Counted from the first letter of the stretch, positions 28,069 through 37,293 are shown. The stretch: 64,000 bases of DNA from an uncultured delta proteobacterium (GCA_963841435.1 CAWJCS010000005.1:1664001-1728000), one strand, 5' to 3'. Notes: a model not told the origin generated them from the letters alone. Numbers and translations: made by a program.

Positions 28069-28098
28069 GCTCAGCTCAGCTCAGCTCAGTTTAGCTCA
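28069..28098. repeat. Pentanucleotide microsatellite (GCTCA)n
   Basis: GCTCA x4, GTTTA, GCTCA. Confidence 0.9.
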
Positions 28099-28449
28099 AG
28101 CTCCGGCCTCCCCGCCGGCACCTGCCTCGGGACCGTCCAGGTTCCCCGAGCCGCCGGTTCCCTCGGGCGGGACCGCCGGGCTGCCGGCGGTCCCGGAGGT
28201 CGCGCCGCTGTCGACGCCGGCGTCGGGGGCAGAAGAGCCGCCCGTTGCCCCAGACCCGGTCATCCCAGTGCCGCCGGCCCCCGAGTCGGAGAGCCCGGGG
28301 GTCCGCCCCCCGTTCGTCCCGGGCAGGTCCGCGCCGTCGCGCAGCAGGCACGCCCCGGTGAGCAGCAGCCCGGCGAGGGCGGTGAGCAGGAAACGCGGCA
28401 CGCCGCTCCCTGGTGCAATTCTCCCGCCAATCGGCTCACCCTCCGACAT
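28096..28449 (-). CDS. Short Gly-rich lipoprotein (signal and linker only)
   Basis: LLTALAGLLLTGAC lipobox followed only by a G/S/T/A/P low-complexity tail. Confidence 0.6.
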   Translation of the reverse strand: MSEGEPIGGRIAPGSGVPRFLLTALAGLLLTGACLLRDGADLPGTNGGRTPGLSDSGAGGTGMTGSGATGGSSAPDAGVDSGATSGTAGSPAVPPEGTGGSGNLDGPEAGAGGEAGA

Positions 28450-28458
28450 CGGAATCGT

Positions 28459-29295
28459 TCAGCCCCGACCTCGGAGGGCTCGTCGCGCTCGGGCGAGCAG
28501 CGCCATGGCCGGGGCCGTGTCGGGTGGCAATCGGGCGAGGCCCGCGCGGACTCGATCCAGCTCGGCCGTGATCTCGGAGAGCCCCGCTGCCACCGTGTCA
28601 GCGTTCGTCGCCAGGATGTCCTCCCACATTCGTTCCGGGCCGCCGGCAGCGTGCGTCGTGCGCTCGAAGGCAGGGCCCACGGCGCTCTCCGCGCCCGATT
28701 CGAGAGCGACGCCCGCGAGCGCGCTCGCGACGAGCTGAGTCACGTGGCTCGTGAGGGCCACCGCGCGATCGTGCTCGTCCGCGCTCAGACGCACGGGCAC
28801 GGCGCCGAGCCTGGGCACGAGGCTCTCGACGAGCTCGAACGCGTCCGGGTCGACGTTCTCGGGACAGAGGATCCAGCGGCGCCCCTGGAACAGGTCCGCG
28901 CGCGCCAGGTCGATGCCGCCCTCGGGGGCGCCCGCCATGGGGTGACCGGGGACGAAGCGCGCGCGCCGCGGCGAGGCGCCCGCGGCGCGGGCGATCGCGC
29001 GCTTCGTGGAGCCGCAGTCGGTGACCACGCGTGCCGTGGCGAGCAGCTCGGGGACGAGTCGGATGATCGCGCTCACGGGCGTCGCGACCACGACGAGATC
29101 TGCCCGCGCCGCTGCCCCGGCCACCTCGCCATACCGCGCGGCGTCGATGTGCCGCGCGGCCGCCCGCTGTGCCGCCGGGCGGTCGAGGACGGCCGGGAGA
29201 TCCACGGCGGTCACCTCGGCGCCCGGGTCAACCTGGGCGAGGGCGAGCGCGAACGAGCCCCCGAGTAGACCGAAGCCGACGACGACGACGTTCAT
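28459..29295 (-). CDS. tyrA: Prephenate/arogenate dehydrogenase
   Basis: VVGFGLLGGS, VTDCGSTK, FVPGHPMAG, HDRAVALTSH, MWEDILATN. ATG 29295 overlaps the upstream stop. Confidence 0.9.
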   Translation of the reverse strand: MNVVVVGFGLLGGSFALALAQVDPGAEVTAVDLPAVLDRPAAQRAAARHIDAARYGEVAGAAARADLVVVATPVSAIIRLVPELLATARVVTDCGSTKRAIARAAGASPRRARFVPGHPMAGAPEGGIDLARADLFQGRRWILCPENVDPDAFELVESLVPRLGAVPVRLSADEHDRAVALTSHVTQLVASALAGVALESGAESAVGPAFERTTHAAGGPERMWEDILATNADTVAAGLSEITAELDRVRAGLARLPPDTAPAMALLARARRALRGRG

Positions 29296-30191
29296 CGACG
29301 CATGGCCGCGGCGACCGCGCGCACGCGCTCCGCGACGTCGACGGCGTCGCCCCAGCTGAGCGTCGCGGGAACTCGTGCCACCTCGCCGTCGCGCCCCACC
29401 CACACGCGCAGCACGATTCCGTCGGCACCCGCGGCGACCGCCGCGGCGGCAACCGAAGCAACGTAGCGCGAGCGCTCGGCGATGCTCGGCACGTCGACGA
29501 CGATCGGCAGATGCGTGCGCTGTTTGGCCCGGGCGATGGCAGCGACCTCGAGCGTGCGCGCGCCGCTCGGGTATTCACCCCCGCACTCGAACAGCACGAC
29601 CTGCCCTTCCGCGCGCCCGAGCTCGCGCTCGGCCTCCGCGATCCATGCGTTGGCGCCCGCGCTCGGCGCGCGCGCCACGAAGCACACGGGCCAGCGCTGG
29701 CCGCCGGGCTGCGGATGCACCGAGAGGCACGCGAGCGCCCCGACCGCGTCGGGTGCCAGATGCGACCGCGTGATGGCGGCATCGAACGGCCGCCCCGCGA
29801 GCACGGCGTACGGCAGCTCCTGCGAGCGGGGCGCTTCGGCGTCGCTCGGCCGCGACGCAGGCTCGGCGTGGCGCACCGCCGGACCGATCGGCTCGATGGC
29901 GATCCACGGTCGCTCGCCGCCGATCGTCCCCCAGGGTCCTTCGATGACCGTCAACTGCTCGCGGAAGCGTCGCGACGCCAGCCGAAAAGGCTCGCTCACT
30001 CGCACGACCTGAGCGACGCCCTCCAGCTCGCTGACGACGACGACGTCGTTGCCCGTGACGTCGCCGACGACACCGAGGATCGTCCGCTTGGCGCCGCTCG
30101 AGCGGTGCACGTCGAACCCCGCGGAGACCAAGAACGCGATCACGCTCTCGACCGCGCGGTCGGAGGCCCCTTCAACCATGACGACGATCAT
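29292..30191 (-). CDS. DAHP synthase type I-beta homologue with intact N-terminal regulatory domain and degenerate catalytic barrel (probable pseudoenzyme)
   Basis: MIVVMVEGAS...HRSSGAKRTILGVVGD...VVRVSEPFRLASR matches the AroF I-beta N-terminus; RTHLPIVVD and AAVAAGADG are retained; the catalytic motifs are missing. Confidence 0.8.
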   Translation of the reverse strand: MIVVMVEGASDRAVESVIAFLVSAGFDVHRSSGAKRTILGVVGDVTGNDVVVVSELEGVAQVVRVSEPFRLASRRFREQLTVIEGPWGTIGGERPWIAIEPIGPAVRHAEPASRPSDAEAPRSQELPYAVLAGRPFDAAITRSHLAPDAVGALACLSVHPQPGGQRWPVCFVARAPSAGANAWIAEAERELGRAEGQVVLFECGGEYPSGARTLEVAAIARAKQRTHLPIVVDVPSIAERSRYVASVAAAAVAAGADGIVLRVWVGRDGEVARVPATLSWGDAVDVAERVRAVAAAMRR

Positions 30192-30283
30192 CGGAGGCCG
30201 GCCAGACTAGCAGAACCCGGCGCCGTTGACGTTGCCCGGAGCCGCGGGGGCAGCCCCACCGCGGCTTGCAGGGAGCGAGCCTG

Positions 30284-31516
30284 TCACTCGGTGGTGAAGC
30301 GGTGGACCATCGTGTGCTTGTACGTCTGGCCGGGCTTGAGGATCACCTGATCCTTCCAGGCGGGGACGTTGATGGCATTCACGAAAGCCTGGGTTTCCAG
30401 GCAGAACGCGTCGTATTGGTGGTACGTCGCGCCCTTGCCCGTGAGCTTGCCGTCGAGGAAAATGCCCGCGTAAAACTGAAGCCCGGGTTGATCCGCGTCG
30501 AGCGTCAACACCCGCCCGGACTTCGGATCCTTCACGATGGCGGCGGGGCGGAGGGTGTGGGGCTCGCCGTTGACGATCCAGTTGTGGTCGAAGCCAACGG
30601 GCGTCCCGCCTGCGGCTTCGAGATTCTTGCCGATGGGCGTGGGCTGCAGGAAGTCGAAGGGTGTGCCGGCGACGGGCTTGACGGTGCCGTCGGGCACGGG
30701 GTCGGTGCCGGGCTTCGTCGGCTTACCGGGCGTGTACTTGTCCGCGAAGATCTGCAGCACGTGATCGCGAATGGTCCCCGAGTTGTACCCGCCGAGGTTC
30801 CAGTACGAATGGTGAGCCATGTTCACGATCGTGGTCTTGTCGGTCGTGGCGGCCATGTCGACACGGAATGTGTTGTCGTGGGTCAGCGTGTACGTGACCG
30901 TCGCGGTGACCGTGCCGGGGTACCCTTCCTCGCCGTCCTTGGACACGTAGGTGAGCTTGAGCGCCGGGTCCTCGGCGGTGCCCGCGGGCTCCGCCGTCCA
31001 GATCACCTTGTCCCAGCCCTTTTTCCCGCCGTGGAGCGTGTGCGGGCCGTTGTTGGCGAAGAGCTTGTACGTCTTGCCTTCGAGCTTGAACTGGGCGTTC
31101 TTGATGCGGTTGGCGACGCGACCGACGGTCGTGCCCATGTAGGGGCTGCTCTTCACGTACTCGTTGACGGTGTCGAAGCCCGCGACGATGTCGGCGAGCT
31201 TGCCGTTGCGATCGGGAACGAGAAAATTCGTGACGATGGCGCCGTAGTTGCTCACCGTCATCGCGAGCCCCTTCGGGTTCGTGAGCGTGTAGCGAACGAC
31301 GTCCTGGCCGTTGACCTTGCCCCACGGGGCCTTGGTGATGGGCTCCGGCTTGGGAGCGGGCGCGGGCTCCGGCACGGCCGGGGGAGCCGTCACGGCGACG
31401 GGAGCGGGAGCTTCCGGGGGCGGAGGCGCAACGGGCTCGGGCTGCGCGCCGCCGCAGCCGATCATGAGTCCAATCGCAGTGCCCAGGATGGTTTTCGACA
31501 GGCCGAGTCGCGTCAT
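30284..31516 (-). CDS. galM: Aldose 1-epimerase (mutarotase), lipoprotein
   Basis: LMIGC lipobox and Pro-rich linker; GRVANRI, LHGG, GEEGYPG, HHSYWNL, FDHNW, FCLETQ. ATG at 31516. Confidence 0.9.
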   Translation of the reverse strand: MTRLGLSKTILGTAIGLMIGCGGAQPEPVAPPPPEAPAPVAVTAPPAVPEPAPAPKPEPITKAPWGKVNGQDVVRYTLTNPKGLAMTVSNYGAIVTNFLVPDRNGKLADIVAGFDTVNEYVKSSPYMGTTVGRVANRIKNAQFKLEGKTYKLFANNGPHTLHGGKKGWDKVIWTAEPAGTAEDPALKLTYVSKDGEEGYPGTVTATVTYTLTHDNTFRVDMAATTDKTTIVNMAHHSYWNLGGYNSGTIRDHVLQIFADKYTPGKPTKPGTDPVPDGTVKPVAGTPFDFLQPTPIGKNLEAAGGTPVGFDHNWIVNGEPHTLRPAAIVKDPKSGRVLTLDADQPGLQFYAGIFLDGKLTGKGATYHQYDAFCLETQAFVNAINVPAWKDQVILKPGQTYKHTMVHRFTTE

Positions 31517-31672
31517 TGCCGCCTCTTTCGTGCGTGGGGAGAGAGTGGCGCGGGGCTCGAGACTTCGAGCCTGCACCGGGATTGGCTCCGTACCCTGATC
31601 AGGCAGAAATGACAATGCCATTGCGGAGCCGAATCCACGCCAGTGCAGGTCGCCGCAGACCGTCGCGATAGG

Positions 31673-32098
31673 TCACGATTCTCGCCGAGCGGGACCGAGC
31701 CCGGCGGCCATTCGCGCGAGCGCCGTATCCTCGTCTTCACTGAGCCCGCTCACGCCAACGGCGCCGACGACCTCACCCGACGGAGCGAGGACCGGCACGC
31801 CGCCGCCCCAGCTGACGTAGCGAAGCACCCCGAAGTTGGTGAGCGGGAAGCCCTCGCGGCGCGACGCCTCGCCAAGCGCCTTGGACTCGCCCTGCTCTCG
31901 TGCTGCTGTGTACGCTTTGTTGATCGCTACGTCGATGCACGAGAGACGACACCCATCGGTGCGGAGCAGTGCGATGAGCTCACCATGCGTGTCGACGACG
32001 GCGACGGCGGCCCCCTGCCCGTTTCGCTCGAGCTCGCGCTGGACCGCCCCGATCATGGTCATGGCCTCGGCGTGCGAAAGCGTGTGTAGGGTTCGCAT
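31673..32098 (-). CDS. GlcG/HbpS family heme-binding protein
   Basis: AVAVVDTHGELIALLRTDG, AINKAYTA, GGGVPV...VVGAVGVSG..ED. Confidence 0.9.
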   Translation of the reverse strand: MRTLHTLSHAEAMTMIGAVQRELERNGQGAAVAVVDTHGELIALLRTDGCRLSCIDVAINKAYTAAREQGESKALGEASRREGFPLTNFGVLRYVSWGGGVPVLAPSGEVVGAVGVSGLSEDEDTALARMAAGLGPARRES

Positions 32099-32145
32099 GG
32101 CGGGTTCAATGTCGCCGATCGCCCGGATCGCGTAAAGTTAGGAGC

Positions 32146-33690
32146 ATGGGCGCTCGACGGACGCACGGGGCAACGCTCCTCTCGGTCATGGCGCTTGCTT
32201 TGGGGGTGTCGGCAGCATGCGCTCCGGCGGCTGACACCGCGGCTCGGGTGCCTCCCGGCGTCGCCGGCGGCACTGGAGCACCCGAGGACAGCGTCGCGAG
32301 CGGCTTTCCGCCGGACGAAGCGTGGCTGCGTGCGCTCGGGACGGGCCCCACACAGACGGCGCGGGTCTGCAGCCGCCGCAGCGGAGACCGCATCGCGCGC
32401 GCACTGTGTGCCGACCCGGCGGCGCCGATTGCGAGTCTCGTCAACCTTTATCGCCGGCTCGGCCTCGCCAATCCCGACGAGCGCGAGTTTGCGACGACCA
32501 CGCACTCGCTCGGACTGGGCGCGCGCTTCGTTTCGGCGGCGAACCCCCGGACGATCGTGTTTCGCAAGGACGGCACGCCGATTCCCTACGAGCGCTTCGC
32601 CGTCGCCGCGTTCGCGCGTGGGGAGCAGGTCGTCGAGCTCGTTGGGCTCGACCGCGCGACGCTCGACTACAACTTCTACCTACTTCGCTTCGAGCAGCGC
32701 TGCAGCGCGTCACGCTGCACGCCGGCCGACCTGCTCACGAGCGCCGTGGAAGACGCCTGGACGGGCTGGACGCTCTACTCCGACGCCGATCTGGAGGACA
32801 CGCCACTCGATTGTCTCTCGTGTCATCGACCCTTCGGGCCCGGAACTCCAAAGCAGCTCTTGATGCGCCAGACCGCGAGCCCCTGGCTTCACTGGGGGGA
32901 TTTTCGGGGCGCCTACGAGCATCGCATCTGCCCGGCGCCGACCTCTGTCTACCCGGGCCCGTGGATCCCCGGCGACGGACTGAACCTCCTGGTAACGCTC
33001 GAGGGCAAGGCAGGGCGGTACGCCGCGATCCCCGTCGAAGAACTGGCGAAGGCCCCGAGCGGCGAGCGCTTCGGCCTCTTCCTCACCGAGGCCGAGAACA
33101 CCCTGCGTCTCGATCGACAGCCGCGCGACTACCCGTACGGCCAGCTCGACTTCGGCTCCACCGAGGCGCTTTGCGAGCCGCTCGAAACGGGAACGAGCCC
33201 GACCTGGGAGCGGCAGCGACGAGAGTCGTTGAGCCGGGGCCTCCCGGTTCCCTTCTACGGCGCCGATGTGCTCGATCCCGAGAAGCGCGGCGAGCTCGGC
33301 GTTGATCGCGCGGGATTTCTGGCGCGGCACGCCGCTCTTCCGGCTTTCGAGGTGGCGATGGATCTCATCGACAAGGAGGTGCAGGTCGCCGTGGGCTTCA
33401 CCCCCCGTTCGGACGACTCGGCGCCGCAGCTCTTCCGAGAGATGTGCTCGCGTTGTCACGGCAAGAGCACGGAGCCGCGCCTGCGGCGGGCGCGCTTCGA
33501 CGCCGAGTCTCTCGAGTCGGTCGAGCCTGCCGTCGCTCGCTCCGTCCGCAATCGCATTGCGCTGCCCGTGACCTCGCCGGAGCTCATGCCCCCGCTTCGG
33601 GTCGGGACGCTGCCCCCGTGGGCGATCGAACGCATCGAGACCTACCTCGACGAGCACTGCTCCGACGGTCGCCCCAGCGCCTGCCGCTGA
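32146..33690 (+). CDS. Lipoprotein with two c-type heme-binding motifs
   Basis: LGVSAAC lipobox; CLSCH and CSRCH; distal LMPP. Confidence 0.75.
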   Translation: MGARRTHGATLLSVMALALGVSAACAPAADTAARVPPGVAGGTGAPEDSVASGFPPDEAWLRALGTGPTQTARVCSRRSGDRIARALCADPAAPIASLVNLYRRLGLANPDEREFATTTHSLGLGARFVSAANPRTIVFRKDGTPIPYERFAVAAFARGEQVVELVGLDRATLDYNFYLLRFEQRCSASRCTPADLLTSAVEDAWTGWTLYSDADLEDTPLDCLSCHRPFGPGTPKQLLMRQTASPWLHWGDFRGAYEHRICPAPTSVYPGPWIPGDGLNLLVTLEGKAGRYAAIPVEELAKAPSGERFGLFLTEAENTLRLDRQPRDYPYGQLDFGSTEALCEPLETGTSPTWERQRRESLSRGLPVPFYGADVLDPEKRGELGVDRAGFLARHAALPAFEVAMDLIDKEVQVAVGFTPRSDDSAPQLFREMCSRCHGKSTEPRLRRARFDAESLESVEPAVARSVRNRIALPVTSPELMPPLRVGTLPPWAIERIETYLDEHCSDGRPSACR

Positions 33691-33753
33691 TTTTCGTCCG
33701 GCAAGCGTTAGCCGGGACGATCTTTCCGGCGGGCTTGGATCGCCCAGAGAAAA

Positions 33754-33780
33754 TGACCAAGAAAATTAGTGACCATGAAA
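33754..33780 (+). promoter_or_regulatory. 11-bp direct repeat, putative transcription-factor site
   Basis: TGACCAAGAAA (33754) and TGACCATGAAA (33770) in an AT-richer intergenic patch. Confidence 0.4.
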
Positions 33781-33955
33781 TCTTCCAGATCGGCTAGCCT
33801 CGAGGGGCGGTTTAGCCCGTTCGGGGCCGACCGCCGAGGGCACCCGGCGTCATGTCCAGGGTGAATCCCGAGGGAACCCACCCACCCCCCCGGTGGGTTT
33901 GATGATTCGTTTGTCGAGTGCCGGGACTCTTAACCAGTCCAAGGAACTAAAAAAC

Positions 33956-35197
33956 ATGAAGCGTGCTCTCTTTGCATCGGTTGTGGTGGGGTTCGGGGCC
34001 TTCGCCGGCTGTGGCGGTCAAGAGCCCTCCACGGTCGTCAGTACTGGGGGAACCGGGGCTGGGGCAACGGGTGGGAGCAGCGGCGCGAGCGCATCGGGGG
34101 GTAGCGCCGGCACGGTCGCTGGCACCGGTGGCTCGCTGGGTGGCACCGGCGCCACGTCGGGAACGGCAGGAGGAGCCACCGGTGGCACCGCTGGCTCGGT
34201 GACGGGCGGCACGGCCGGTCTCGGCGGCACCGGCAACGGAGCTGGGCTTGGCGGCGGCTCGGGCCTCGGTGGCACGGGCGCCGTGTCCGGCGCGGGCATG
34301 GGCGGCATCGCCGGCACCATGGCCGGCAGCGCGGGTGATACAGGTGGCATCGGCGGCGCGGGTGCTGGCGGCGCGGGTGCCGGTGGCACCTCCGGTTCGG
34401 CGGGAGCAAACGGCGGCGCCGGCACCGGCGGCATGTCCGGCGACGGTGGCACGGGCGGCAGCGCGTGTCCCTCGGTCGCCGAGCTCTTCCCCGCCATGGG
34501 CAACATGGGCTCGCTCGATGGTCGCCTCGTCACGACGCCCTGCGCGACGACGAACAGCGACGACTGCGACGGCGGCGGTTGGATCTACCAGGGCCAGACC
34601 TCGCCGTGCATGAACGGCTCCCTCAACGCCCAGCAAGACTTCACCGTCGCCGGTACGCCTGGCGCAATGTACACCGTGATGATCCACTTCTACGGCGTCG
34701 TCGAGCCGAAGAACTACGGCAACATGGTGACGCGCGAGGCCGGCAACACGCGCCCCACGAACTCGTTGACGGGCGCGAGCCCGGCGCCTTGGGCCCAGGC
34801 CAACGGTGGCGTGACGTATCCGGCGTCGGACTACAACACGTACGAGATCCACGTCCTCGACAACAACAACCAAGAAATTCACGAGTACTTCCTGAACTCG
34901 GACACGCAGGAAGGTCACTGGACGTATCTGTTGAACTACGAGCGTGAGATTACCGTCGTCGGTGGCGGCAAGGTCCGCATGCGCACGTACGACCGTAACT
35001 GCCGCATGATCAAGAACTGCGGCGTCAGGACCGGCGGCATCAGCATCGATGCTTGCCGGGCGGCGACCAAGCAGACGATCAGCACGTCGGCTGCGATGCC
35101 CCAACCCATGGGTCTGACTCAGCCGGGCCTGGGTCAGCCGGACGATCAGTCCGGACAGTGGCTCTTCTTGGATGTCATGAGCGTCACCTGCATGTGA
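33956..35197 (+). CDS. Gly-rich-linker lipoprotein with beta-rich Cys-containing C-terminal domain
   Basis: AAGGA RBS, MKRALFASVVVGFGAFAGC lipobox, about 140-aa Gly linker, about 240-aa globular domain. Confidence 0.85.
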   Translation: MKRALFASVVVGFGAFAGCGGQEPSTVVSTGGTGAGATGGSSGASASGGSAGTVAGTGGSLGGTGATSGTAGGATGGTAGSVTGGTAGLGGTGNGAGLGGGSGLGGTGAVSGAGMGGIAGTMAGSAGDTGGIGGAGAGGAGAGGTSGSAGANGGAGTGGMSGDGGTGGSACPSVAELFPAMGNMGSLDGRLVTTPCATTNSDDCDGGGWIYQGQTSPCMNGSLNAQQDFTVAGTPGAMYTVMIHFYGVVEPKNYGNMVTREAGNTRPTNSLTGASPAPWAQANGGVTYPASDYNTYEIHVLDNNNQEIHEYFLNSDTQEGHWTYLLNYEREITVVGGGKVRMRTYDRNCRMIKNCGVRTGGISIDACRAATKQTISTSAAMPQPMGLTQPGLGQPDDQSGQWLFLDVMSVTCM

Positions 35198-35438
35198 GCT
35201 GGCGCACCGACGAACGTTTGAAAACAAAGGACTCGGGCTTCGATGCCGATCGGTCGCGCGTCCGCGCGCGGCGGCAACGTGCGCCATCACGCGGCCCACG
35301 CGGCCGCGAAGTTGCGCCCAAAACGTGCAGTGATTTCCTTTCGGTTGCGCGGCGTTTTTGGTAGATAGCAGTCCTGTCGCGTTCGCGTGCCGTCGAGAGC
35401 CCTCGCGCGCCATCAAGTAATCCGAAGCAGGAGACACC

Positions 35439-36905
35439 GTGATAGCTCGAAGCACAGTTCGATTGGGCAAGCTCGTCGGCGCCCTCGCGCTCAGCGGATC
35501 GTTCTTCGTCGCGCGTTCCGCGCGCGCCGACGTGACGCTGGTCGACAAGGACGGTTGGACCGTGTTCATCAACGGCCGCATGCAGGCGTTCCTCAACTAC
35601 AACGTCGGTAACGGTTACCCGATCAGCGTGATCGACGGGACGGATCGCACGGTCGTGTTGCAGAGCGGTGGCTACAGCGGGTTGGCGCTCGAGAAGCCGC
35701 CCGTCACCACGACCAACGATCCTGGCAGGATTCAGGAGCTTCGCATCCGAACGGGCTTCGTCGGTAACGTGCTCGGCTTCGGCATCAAGCGCCAGATGAA
35801 CAAGGACACCGAGATCCTCGGTTACACCGCGGTCACGACGTTCATCGAGTTGACCGATCGTCGGAAGTACCTCGGCATCACGCCCGACTGGCGCGAGAGC
35901 TATCTCAAGGTGTCGGCGCCCTGGGGTAGCGTGACGGCCGGTCGCATGCTCACGCTCTACTCGCGTGGTGCGACCGAGATCACGTATCTCTACGGCTTCC
36001 GCTACGGGCTCGGCTGGCCGGGCGACATCAGCAACAACGGCCCGACCGCGGGGCACGTCGGCTTCGGCGTTCTCGGCAACGGCTTCGGCGCCGGCATGGC
36101 CTATGCGACGCCGTCGCTCGGCGGCTTCCAGCTGACCGTCGGCGCGTTCGACGCCAACATCCTGCCGGGCTCGACGTTCTGGGAGCGTGCACGCTGGCCG
36201 CGCGCCGAGGCCGAGGCGACCTTCGAGTCCAAGATTGGCACGCTTGGCATGTTCAAGCTGTTCGGCAACGGCATGTGGCAAAAGATTTACGAGAAGGGCG
36301 GGGATCGCAACTCGACGATGGCGGGTGCCGGCGCCGGCGGGCGCGTCGAGGTCGGGCCCGTGCACCTGGGCGTCGCCGGACACTACGGTCAAGGTGTCGG
36401 CGTGAACTTCGCGCTCGACCCATCGGACTCGTTCTTCAACCCCGAGACACCGGACCGCAAGTTTCGCACGATGGACGGCCTCTACGCGCAGCTGCAGGTC
36501 TCGCCCACCAAGATGTTCGACATCGCGGCGGGTGCCGGCATCAGCCGCGTCAAGCTCCTCAATGAAGACACCGTCAACTGGACGGACGACGACAACGACG
36601 ATCCTGACGCCAACGGCTTCACCGACGGCGACAACGACCCGACGACCCCTGAAACGGCGGCGACTCCGGCGAGCAACGACGACTCGGATCCCACGACCCA
36701 GGACCCCGTTGGCTTCGTCCCGATCAAGAGCCAGCTCGGCTTCTCGGGCGGCGTCACGGTGCACCTCTCGGAGAATCTGCACCTCGCGCTCGAGTACTTC
36801 CGCGCCATCTTCACCTGGTACAAGCCGTCCCCATCGGCGTCGGATGCGCAAGAGCCATCGCAGGCGTTCCACGTCGTCAACGCGGGGGTCACCTATGACT
36901 TCTGA
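35439..36905 (+). CDS. Outer-membrane porin
   Basis: AGGAG RBS, signal peptide (SARA-D), porin-like strands (SYLKVSAPWGSVTAGR), terminal GVTYDF. Confidence 0.85.
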   Translation: MIARSTVRLGKLVGALALSGSFFVARSARADVTLVDKDGWTVFINGRMQAFLNYNVGNGYPISVIDGTDRTVVLQSGGYSGLALEKPPVTTTNDPGRIQELRIRTGFVGNVLGFGIKRQMNKDTEILGYTAVTTFIELTDRRKYLGITPDWRESYLKVSAPWGSVTAGRMLTLYSRGATEITYLYGFRYGLGWPGDISNNGPTAGHVGFGVLGNGFGAGMAYATPSLGGFQLTVGAFDANILPGSTFWERARWPRAEAEATFESKIGTLGMFKLFGNGMWQKIYEKGGDRNSTMAGAGAGGRVEVGPVHLGVAGHYGQGVGVNFALDPSDSFFNPETPDRKFRTMDGLYAQLQVSPTKMFDIAAGAGISRVKLLNEDTVNWTDDDNDDPDANGFTDGDNDPTTPETAATPASNDDSDPTTQDPVGFVPIKSQLGFSGGVTVHLSENLHLALEYFRAIFTWYKPSPSASDAQEPSQAFHVVNAGVTYDF

Positions 36906-36945
36906 GCGCGCACCGCGACATGCAAAAGGAACCCGGAGCGGACCG

Positions 36946-37281
36946 ATGAGCACGCTGACCACCTTCGCCCGATACCTGACCGGTTCGACGATGCTCGTCT
37001 TGGCGTGCCTCGTCGCCTCCGCAAACATCAGCTGCGCCGAGGAAGAGTTCAGCTGCTGCGAGTGCACCTTCCCGAATTGCCTGGACGGCATGGGGGCATC
37101 GGCGTCGCAGCGCTACTGCGTGTGTCCGTCAACGCCCTACACGTACGAGAGCTGCGCGCTCTTCTGTCGCGATCAGGCGCCGCTGGACCTCAAGGCTGCG
37201 GGTTTCCAGATGTGCGGGACGGCGACGACGACGCTCGCCAAGAACTCGTGCAGCATCGGCTCCCCGGTCGGCGCACCCTGA
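36946..37281 (+). CDS. Small Cys-rich exported protein/lipoprotein
   Basis: GGAG upstream of ATG 36946; hydrophobic signal ending ANISC; 10 further Cys in about 80 aa. Confidence 0.65.
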   Translation: MSTLTTFARYLTGSTMLVLACLVASANISCAEEEFSCCECTFPNCLDGMGASASQRYCVCPSTPYTYESCALFCRDQAPLDLKAAGFQMCGTATTTLAKNSCSIGSPVGAP

Positions 37282-37293
37282 GGGCGGCGCGCC

